Part shown: positions 54,301 through 64,000 of the stretch, piece by piece
How positions within the stretch are numbered: position 1 is the first letter of the stretch
How the letters are laid out: the number at the start of each line of letters is the position of its first letter
The notes under the pieces: generated by a model
What the model was told of the DNA's origin: nothing
Seen by the model: only the letters and a program-made list of their open reading frames with translations
Database searches by the model: none
NCBI GenBank assembly: GCA_012295275.1
Contig: CM022670.1
Span: 22,134,001-22,198,000, forward strand
Direction: 5' to 3'
Origin: Chrysomallon squamiferum
Taxonomy: Eukaryota > Animalia > Mollusca
DNA length: 64,000 nt
Program-made: the position numbers and the translations under genes

Positions 54301-56682
54301 AAGAAGAAATAAAATCTCTCTATTGATCTCTTTCACAGACGTGTACCATCATTGGCCCTTTTGCAAATATTTTCCTGCAAAGAGCTATCATAAAACAGCT
54401 GGAAATAAACCTCTGATAGTGAAAAGCAGTGACCTGTATATATTCTGTAACCAGCAGTTTACAGTGGAGCAATTTTCTCACATCTGAAAAAAATGGACCA
54501 AACTACAAAAATGTATTATTTGTGTCTGTTAACAAATACATTTAAAGCATTCAGTAAAGGTATGTGTTGCAGACACTATATTTCTTAACTGGAAATATTT
54601 ACTATTAAAAAAACTATTTGACTTGATCTTTAAACTAAATTTTCCTGTTTTATTTATTATCAAAATATTATCAAACAATATAGAAGGACATCGATAACCA
54701 TAATAACAAAATATCCTTAAACTCTAATACTGTCCCCAACACAGTAGCAAAGCCTTTGGTAGCTCATTTCAAAGAAAACTGGCTAGACGGAAACATCACT
54801 AGGATAATTAAATGAAGAAATAAACCATTTTACTTTTTAAAGGAGATGAGTTCTTGTACTAAGGACCAAACTGAAATTACAAATTTAATTAATTCTTTTC
54901 AAAGAATTCGGAATAATAATGAGAAGTATCTACTAGATCATAAAACTGAATTTCCTTTTTACATTTCAGTTGTTGCTTTTGTATTGTGCTTTTGTCTGGA
55001 ATGCCGATCCCACCAAGTAACATATGCAGTCAAGCTAACAAATCACAAGCAAGTCAGCAAGAGAACACTAAAATAGCTAAGGAGAAAAAGCTTAAAGCGT
55101 CAGATAAAAGAACGAAGGGTCAGGCAATAACAGCCTGTTGAGAGATTTACAACCAAGCAGATCTTCCCAAACACAAATACACCAGTGTAAAATACTTTTC
55201 AGTCTGTGGCAATGAAAGAAACCTGAAAGCAATTTTACCTTCCATGCACTTTCTAATTTAATATTGTTGCCTGATCTAGTGCCAGGTTTTAGACCAAGTA
55301 AATAAACAAATAAAGAGCAACAGACGAAATTAAAATCCCCAAAGAGATGAGACGAGGCTAGGCCAGAGGTCTTCTGTGCCTAAGCCAAGCAAACATTGAC
55401 AAAGACATTCAAACTGGGCAAACCTTTTCAGAAAGCAAACAATTGCAAATGAGTTAACAAGAAATGTATAACTCTTTACTAAGGACAGTTATTACAGTCT
55501 CAAAACTGTTTATTCTTTTTTTGGAAAGAGAAAACTATCTGTATTATGTCCAAAACTAAATTCTGTTTAAATAAATAAATAAATAATACTGACCTCATAT
55601 AACTGAATTCACACTGTTTTTATCTACACATTACTTTTACTGACAGTTTAAACCAGTGCAAAAATTCACCGAATCCCATTTTATTATTATAGTTTTCAGG
55701 TTTCAAAGTTCATAAATGTGAAAAAGCCAGAAAACATGAAAATAATTTCATTTTCCCCTATTTTAAAAATCAACAACAGCAGCAAAAAAAAAAATAATAA
55801 TAATAAAAATAAAAATTTAATTTCAGAATTTCAGGGTAAAGTAGGTGTATGATGTATATCTTGATTAGTTTCACTTTTCAAATATCCATAAAGACATCAT
55901 TAAGGCAGTATGTTCTATTAATAAATACGTGAAAAATGTTTTTGTAATTATTGGCATTCATTTATCACCTGGCTTTCATATTCTGAAACAACATCATTTC
56001 CATATGCTAATTTGATTTAATTCCACATTTTTTCGCACAAATTGAATATTATTTTGTTTTTTAAACAGAAAAATAATGAACAGGCAATGATATTTAACAA
56101 TAAGGCCTTTCCACTTTTTTTTTTTCTTATTTTTCTATTTCCAAATATAATATATAGACATACATAAATAAAAACCAAGCTATCCATTTTAAATAGCCTG
56201 GTATCAATTGTGCCCAAGTTATCCTAGATGTATTACAAATATCCAGGACTGTTTCTGCATGCCAGGCTATTATGTATATGCTATTACATGGTGAGATTTA
56301 CTGATCTGAAAGCTTTGATCACAGGTCATCAATCGTAAATGTGATAGACTGTAAAATGAAACACTCCGTTATTTCTTAAAACATTTGGAATCCAACTGGT
56401 TCATATAACTATGATTCTTGAGAAAGTAGTTATCTTGGTGTGCAAGACATGGACTAGTTCAGTGACATCATCAAAGTTGTAACACAGTCTCATTTCATTT
56501 GCATACACACACACACACAACAGTATACAAATAATTTGATATATTTTTAATGTTTAACTCCAGAATATTTTACAACTAAACTGTTTGCTGTAAAAACTAA
56601 AAGAAAAGATACAAACATATCATAACCACATACACACAATACAAACTTAAAAATAGTGTTACTTTTTAAAAATGGTAAGAAA

Positions 56683-56739
<57 letters not shown>

Positions 56740-59700
56740 AAAATAAAACTTTGGTAAATGAATAATGAATTGTGTTTATTCATTAAAAATTTATTTTGCA
56801 CAATGCTGCCAACAAAAACTTGCATGTATTTAGAATATAGAAATCTTCTTCAAGTAATCATTTAGACAATATCGCTTTATTTTAGTTTTCTCACATTTTT
56901 CTAGTTTTTCTATACAAAACTGAAACAGAAATAATGACTTAATATGGCTAAAATTGTCTGAATATACAACAGAAGCAACTGTGCATGATCGTTGTATTAC
57001 ATTAAAACTGTCTGAATATACAACAGAAACAACTGGGTATGATCTTGTATTACATTAAAACACAGGCATTTAAAACACAAATATGGGGGAAATTATCCTT
57101 TGTTTAAGTTGTAAATTCAGTGATTTTCTTTTTTAATCAGTCAATTTATTCCCATCTTTATAAAACAATATTAATAATGACACAATTTTTTTTATTTAAG
57201 AATATAGTAAACTTTATGTAATCATCAGAAATGTTTGTTTATTTTTTCTTACTAAAGATATTTGACTGATGTTTTTTTTTTGTTGTTGTTTTTTTTTGTT
57301 TTTTTTTTCATATTAAATACCTAAATGTACTGACCAACATGCAATCAAATATTTATTTGCCTGAATAAAAAAAAATATATATATATACCTTCTGTGAGAT
57401 TGCGACCAGGATTAAAGGATCCTTCAGGGACACTTGGAGGTATGAGATCACAGCTTGTCTGTCGGGCAACTTTACATCCAAATTTGCTTTCGGATCTGTA
57501 AAAAATATAATATTAATATAACAATAGTGAAATTGTTGAAAGAAGACAGAAATGTTCCCTCTTTTAACACCAGTATAAAATGGAATATCTTTGTTAAAAA
57601 ACCGAAACAACAGCAAAGTACAGATTACAAAATAAAGAATACAAAGCTTGTTAATAATATTAAAACATATACATTAATTGCAAACAATTTATTTATTAAA
57701 ATGTTTTCATGAAATAAATTTGTTTTTTATTTTTCAGAATGAATTATTCCTGCAGGACTGAAATTTTACTATTTCTTTTGCACAACTGCACACATACATA
57801 CAAACATATATATGTATTAAAATATAGTTTTATGTGCTTGTTGTGAAAATTATCCTGCAATTATACAGGAATGCTTTTCTCTTAGTTTTAGTTTGGCCAA
57901 GGAAACGCTGTTTATGACAACATTTTTATGTCCTTGTAAGTTCAGGAATGTACTTATGTGAGCAGAGCCAAACTACTGATTGTGCAGTTTATGTAATACA
58001 ATGTACGATCCATTGTACCTGTGCACTCCAATAAATTAAATGTAAAGTCTGAAAGGGCACTCTATACTTATTAATTAGCAGCACTAAAAGGACATACCAT
58101 AGCCTTGAAAGCATGGTTTGAAGAGCTCACTGGGTGCATCAGGGTTTGATCTAGCAATCCCGTTCTTTGATAAAACGATTAGAAGATGCCACATATATTA
58201 TTTTTCAGATTATAATTTTAACACGCGTATGCTTTTCTTCTATAACAGTTTTTTCTTCTCAGCATTTAAGTGAACTGATAGATATCTGAATACTGTAATG
58301 TGTTGGAGTGTACATCATTCTTTTTAATAGCAGTTTTATGCAAAGGAAATAAACAGAGCATAAAAAGTTTTAAACTTTTAATGTACTGACACACCCGTAT
58401 CTAAGAAATAAATAAATTATATTTATATCCAACATTTTTCTTCTTTAGTTTTTGCACGTAATATGTTAATGCATATATTACTATTTGTAAAAGCAGTAAT
58501 ACTGTATAGCTTTCTGCTGTTGACATTTGATGCCATAACACTAAAAAAAAAAAAAAAAAAAATAAATTATGACTGTATAATTTTGTTTAACCATCTGACT
58601 ATGTTTGTGTAATAACTGAATAAAAAATCCCCCAAAATAACAGTAATTTCTATTTTTGAATATTATTAAAATGTTTAATGTTTTTCACTGATAAATCCCA
58701 ATAATTATAACTAATGCTGGATTGTACTGTATTGCTATGATATGAAAATGTTAACAAAGAATAACTAACATATAATGTCCATATTTATTTGCTGCATTGC
58801 TGCATCTAAAATGAATCTCACATTCATCACTAAATCATAGTACAAAGTCAGTTACACTTCATGTTTTCTCATTAATGGCTTATAATTAGAGATAATAGGC
58901 TAATAATTATCCATGCTATGAAAGAAGAGTACACATGCCCATTTTGTTTGTTTGTTTTGTTGGGGCTTTATTTCTTTCTTTTTTTAAATTAACTAAATCA
59001 CAAGAAACTTGCAGGAAAGGCACCTTTGAAAAAATAAAATGACTTGCAAAATATCAGAGTTCTACCTGCATTCACAAAGGAACAGTGTCAAATGGGAAAA
59101 ATATATATTGTGGCCATCCACATTCAATTTGAAAATTCAATTATTCATAATACAGGAACAGTGTCAAATTTATTTATTATAATTTTTTTTAAATAGGAAA
59201 AAAACATATACATTCAGTTGTCCATTTCAGACAGATTCCACTGCTGTCATGATGGAGTTAGAGAAGCCAAGGGTCAAACTGAAATAAAAACTACCAACTA
59301 CTTCCTGGAAAATTTACGACTATACATCATCAAAAAGGTTTTATTACTTATCTTTTACACTAAATACAATGAAATACAAAATTACTAGTTCTGATTCCAT
59401 ATCATCATCTATTACAAGTCTTTGTTTGAAAATAATGTAAATTAGAATCAAAACAAACACAAATGTGATACTTAGCTCTCATTATATAAAATTGATAGCG
59501 TTCATTTTGAAATTTCAAAAGTTTCAAATTTTGTTAAGCATCACAGTGGATATAGCAATTTAAACTCATATTTTTAAATTCAAAAGATTAACACATTGCT
59601 TCTGAAATCATAATATATCCTGAATTAAAGGTTCAAGTTTTCCACTAATTATGTTAATTTTCACTAACTGAAGTAGGAAGATTAGCGACACATTTTCAAA

Positions 59701-61150
59701 TGCTTTGTTTGTCTGTTCACTTTCCAAAAAATAGCTGCTCACATTTTAAACTGTGATACAACTGCATGTTTCAGACTACAGAGATAAATCACACTCTTAT
59801 ACATAATAAAAACAGATGTGGAACATATAAAGACTGGTTTATTCATCCAGGTGTATATCAAGCATGTGTATACATTACTTGTGACAATACAAGTGTATTA
59901 ACTTGAGCAAAATTCAGTGCACTGGGAAGTTGACACATACTGTTATACAGTGGCATATTTGTTATTAATCACTTTTATTATCAGAGAACATAATTCATCT
60001 ATTCAGTCTGCATGAAATATTACAACTGGTAGTTTTGTTATGTAAGGTTTGATATAGTAGTCTTTCATGCATATTGGAATTCTTCATTGTTATCAGTCCA
60101 TACATAGTGAGTATCTTATAGTCCAAGTTTTACAGCATATGGATGTTCTTGTTTTAAAACAGTTAAAAGAACCTGCGTCCATATTCTGTAGGAATAGTAT
60201 TAATTACTAATTAACTGGAATTGTCATCTGCATTTTGAAGTGTTTAGTTATTTAAAATTTATCTTCACTGTTGTTTGGACTGACCATTATCTTTTATTAC
60301 TGTAAAAGAAAAGCACACTGAAAATCTATTTGGATGTAATTAAGTTAAATGTCACATTAGCTTCAATTTATGTAGCTGAAGATATGGTTTTAATGTTTAT
60401 AATGGAATATATTAAGTATAAAAGAAATTTTCTGTAAGTATGCATGAACTGGTCATCTTTACAATGCATATGTCACGGAATTTCTCAAGTTACTGATGAC
60501 TCAAAAGCTCATGCATTGACAAAACAATATATATTAAATTGTACTTACTTAAAATCACTATATGGAATACTGCAGCAATCTAGTTGTTGGTTTCTTGGTT
60601 GCTTAACAAGAAATTTATACAAATTTTCCACTGTTATTTTATTTGTTCGTAAAACTTGTAAATAACTTTTGAATCTGAGGCGTAATCTTTCACATATCTG
60701 TAAAGAAAAGAAAAAGACAAAATTTGTTGAATTAATAAACAAAAGATTTGTATTTATTTTGGTTTTTATGCTTGAAAAAGCATGTATTTATAAGATGAAT
60801 CAGATAAAATGGACGTTTGTTACTAATTTAAAAGTATGGATTTATCTTTTAAAACATCTGCTGTGAGATGTTATTTTTTATCAAAGGAGCAACCAACAAA
60901 TTAAAAATTTTATTATTACATTTATGTGTGTGTGTGTGTGTGTGTGTTGATTTTCATTCTTTGCTACTAATAGAAAAATGTAGCAATTTCTTCTGAAAAT
61001 AATTCAGTAACAGCTAATGATGTAAATTAATCAAAATTTCACACTGATATTGCTGATTATACACAAAGATTAAATGAATTTACTTACTTGTTCTAATCGT
61101 TCTTTTTCTCTAGATGCTATATTTCTGTATGGTAATGAATCATAGATGGC
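31308..61150 (-). CDS. CACHD1: VWFA and cache domain-containing protein 1 (alpha2delta-like type I membrane protein); 27 exons (1235 aa) in the window, first (signal-peptide) exon beyond 64000
   Basis: Exons in transcription order: 61150-61088, 60697-60549, 57495-57389, 48732-48594, 43083-42939, 41110-40975, 40682-40602, 40307-40170, 39712-39612, 39222-39090, 38814-38647, 38311-38188, 38032-37927, 37548-37470, 37147-37058, 36764-36622, 36361-36180, 35760-35650, 35350-35228, 34831-34732, 34531-34433, 34279-34127, 33756-33641, 33204-33088, 32839-32694, 32398-32168, 31735-31308. All are GT-AG and form one frame. Diagnostic motifs: [33 protein letters not shown], Cache [67 protein letters not shown], tail [11 protein letters not shown]. 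Confidence 0.97.
32374..32542 (-). repeat. Local ~115-bp duplication copying the acceptor and 5' end of the CACHD1 TM-coding exon
   Basis: On the plus strand, acaggatcaaaaccatg-agccattgctgagaaata (32374-32408) is matched by ataggatcaaaagtatgagacagcagccattgctaagaaata (32484-32524). Both are followed by ttagaatta. Confidence 0.75.
35878..36040. repeat. Diverged intronic direct repeat (~50 bp, ~113-bp period)
   Basis: taattaatgaagagatatcttccatcaaa versus taattaatgaagagttatctcccatcaaa. Confidence 0.7.
39803..39883. repeat. (CA)n followed by (AAT)n compound microsatellite
   Basis: About 18 CA units, then about 15 AAT units. Confidence 0.93.
40393..40496. repeat. Imperfect (CA)n microsatellite
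   Basis: Interrupted CA tract. Confidence 0.85.
43724..45773. promoter_or_regulatory. Candidate intronic enhancer with clustered TCF/LEF core sites in the CACHD1 intron 48593-43084
   Basis: CTTTGAW or WTCAAAG at 43724, 43878, 43983, 44620, 44847, 45706 and 45767, largely inside GC-richer, non-coding, CpG-retaining islands. Confidence 0.35.
46047..46144. repeat. (TA)n / (TGTTTG)n / (TG)n microsatellite cluster
   Basis: Visible simple repeats. Confidence 0.85.
56684..56733. repeat. (TG)n microsatellite
   Basis: About 25 TG units. Confidence 0.95.
56950..57061. repeat. Tandem duplication, 2 x 54 bp
   Basis: aaaa(t/c)tgtctgaatatacaacagaa(g/a)caactg..atgatc..tgtattacatt occurs twice. Confidence 0.88.
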
Positions 61151-61389
61151 CTGCAAAATAAGCAATGTTCCATTTTAAAGCTTTGTGGATATCATTTTCA
61201 ATAAACACTGGTAGTTTGTTAAATGCTGTTTTATTAAAATGTATTCGTATTTTATAAAATGTGTCACTTTTATTGATATTAATAAACATTTTTCCTACAG
61301 TGCTAATTAAGATATGCAAATATATCAAATAATACAATTAATTTTCTCAAAATACTTTATCACACATTGTGATCAACATCCTAAAAATC

Positions 61390-61520
61390 AAAATGTATTT
61401 CAGAATTCATGGTACTACTAATTCTTTTAATTCATTTTATGCTGATCTTAAAAATGGATGAAACAACATATTTTCTAAAATGTATTTCAGAATTCACGGA
61501 ACTATTACTAATTATTTTAT
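61390..61520. repeat. Diverged direct repeat (~40 bp, ~87-bp period)
   Basis: aaaatgtatttcagaattcatggtactactaatt versus aaaatgtatttcagaattcacggaactattactaatt. Confidence 0.7.
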
Positions 61521-64000
61521 TTGTTTGATTTATTAGTTATTCTGAATATTTCAATTACAGGGATTCACTTCTGCTCTGATCAAGCATGTAAAACTATGGC
61601 ATCTCACATTTGTGTATGAACTTTGCAGAACATTAACCCTGACTGAAGATTATACTGCCAATATTTTATTGATTTCTAATTTAGTAACAGATAAGACCAG
61701 TACCCTAGTCAAACCCAACTCAACATAAAATTGGAATATCAAGGGCAAATTGGAAAAACCAGTTTCAGTTGTTGTTGGTTTTTTAGGTATGAAAATAAAT
61801 AAACAATAACACAAATATTTTATTTGCATTCTTTAATACTGTTTGTATCACAATGTGAAATTTATGTTCTATAACAAGTTATTAATCAATTTTAGTTTTT
61901 ATAAATTTCATTTTCAAAAGGTTTCACTAATGGCAAAACTTTAAAAAAATATATTTATGTATTTCCAGTTTTCCTTCTTTTTTTTTCTTCTTTTTTTATA
62001 TTGGACTCAAATATTTACATACTACAGGAAGGAAACATGATTTAAAACTAAATTCTCTTTCAGACTAAAAATAAAAGGAAAAAGACATAAAAAATGTTGT
62101 GTTTATGGAAACATACGACAGAATAATCTACAAAGTCTGTTAACTTCCTTAAAGATTTCAAGGAAGAAAAATAAAAGGAACAAAGAAATAAAAAGGGGTG
62201 AGAAAAAAACAACCCCAAAACCTTCAAGAGTTTGCTGCAGCATGCACCAAAAATGTAACCCACAAAAGAGAGAAAAAAGAAAAAAAGAAAAAAAAAAAGT
62301 CTCCCTCAGCAGTCAAGCAGAATAATTCACAATATGCATGATGTCTTCTTAGAAAGGAAATAAGTGACAAAATAAATTTATGGACTATAATTATGTATCA
62401 TTCTCTATGCATGGTTGGTTTTTATAGCCTGGTCTAGTTCAAAGTGGGATGGTATGAAATAGCTTGCATGGAGATGCTGAAGTAATTAGATGGAGGTAAA
62501 AAGATACAGTGCTGCAAACATTAAGGCCATAATATCAGGATAACTACACAAAGCAATGTCTCAAGTATGTGGGAAAATACTTAAATATTAGAGTAGGCTC
62601 CAGCCAGTCTACAGTTATGAAGACCCTATCAATAACTTTAAAAGCAGCCATTTCTGGATGCACAAATTTCTGGCAGCAACTCAAAGATATACACTAGTTC
62701 AAACATTTAAGATAGGCATAAACCAAAGTTTTGGCTCTGAATTGTAAGTTTGAAAATTTTACACTAAAAATATATACCCCAAAACCCCCAAAACACAATA
62801 GTAAATATTTTGCAAACTAATGTCACAGGTGCTATTTGGAAAACAAAATGTGTTATCATTTCTAACAAATATTATCAAAGGGGGTGGTTTATACTTTATT
62901 TATTTATTTATTTATACTTTATTTATTTTGTTTGTTTGTTTGTTTGTTTTAAATTATAATATTTTTTTTTTTTTAAAAACAACATTGTATTTAAAATATA
63001 AACATTTATTTTAGAATCAAGTTAAACCTATCATTCACACAGATCAGATCCAAAACAATTTTGTTATTCATACATTTGTGCAGTATCATTTAGTCTTAGT
63101 AAAATGAAAACCTGTCTTATGATGACAAGATTTGTGAGAGGTTAGTAGGTTTACAAGAACTTAAAAGACAACAAAACATCTACGAAGTAAGACATGAGGT
63201 GTGAGTAAATAAAATAGGAAAAAAATAATAATAATAAAAAAAAAATGTATTGTGTGTATATCAATGTGTATAAAAAAGTCAAGAAACTAACAGAAATAAA
63301 ATAATGCAACATAATTTTTTTTTAAAAATGAAAGAAAAAAAGAAAAACCACTTGAATTTAAACAGTAGAAATTACTATATCAGCGTTTTTTTAAAATTAA
63401 GTTGTTAAACTGAAGAGTATGTACTTCAGTATAATTATACAAATTTATTTATTTTATTAATACAGTTACAGCCATAAAACAATCGCAATAAATTATATTA
63501 CTTATTATTATGTAACACCCAAACAAGGCCTTTTGCAATGAACTGACAACCTGAATGATGTTACACAAAATCAACCTTTGTAGACCTCAACCAGTTTTAG
63601 TTTCAGTGTTATTCCTTGAATATTTGTGACAAAACTGGGGGATTAACTTTTGACATACATGACATCTGAACATAAACTAGTTTCAAAACCACCACAACAC
63701 AGTAATATTCTCCATAATATTCACAACCAGAAATGGTCAGTATACACTATTACTTAGCCATAAAAAATTATTTTACCTAGAACATATTTATCAGAATTAA
63801 CATTTTAAATTTAATAAGAAGAATAAAATATTTTTAATAATTTGTTTATAATTTGTAATTATGAATATATATATACATTTATATACACTTTCTAATTCCT
63901 GTCAGTGTTCTTTTTATAAAAAGAAACATAACTGAGTTTACATAAAATATCCTCCACACAGAAAAATAAAAATAATAAATAAATAAACAAATAAATAAAT

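Noticed and set aside
54711-54720. atatccttaa, similar to a U12 (AT-AC) 5' splice site
   Set aside because: It lies on the strand opposite CACHD1 with no adjoining exon. All modelled introns are ordinary GT-AG.
57353-57616. ORF-track translation [14 protein letters not shown]..
   Set aside because: Wrong frame. Splice phases and CACHD1 similarity require [29 protein letters not shown] (57495-57389).

Overview
This is AT-rich, CpG-depleted, intron-rich animal DNA, most likely a lophotrochozoan such as a mollusc (inference). Most of the ORF track is noise; I rebuilt four spliced genes by hand using GT-AG boundaries and reading-frame phase. (1) The last two coding exons of a RAVER1/2 orthologue (+, 554-1418). 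(2) An unnamed 15-coding-exon gene (-, 17191->6327, 561 aa) with a duplicated Cys-rich ectodomain and about nine TM helices carrying fungal FLC/Pkd2 'TRP-like' family motifs. (3) A 6-exon transgelin/myophilin-like CH-domain gene (+, 18257-25913, 235 aa), head-to-head with gene 2 across a promoter with ETS and CCAAT motifs. (4) 27 exons of CACHD1 (-, 61150->31308; the first exon lies beyond the window). Main leads: the orphan 9-TM gene, RAVER-CACHD1 linkage that is also seen in human, a duplicated acceptor that could give a TM-less CACHD1 isoform, a TCF/LEF motif cluster in a CACHD1 intron, triplicated decoy acceptors in the transgelin gene, and a 7x59-bp array with forkhead-like sites. I found no tRNA, rRNA or CRISPR.
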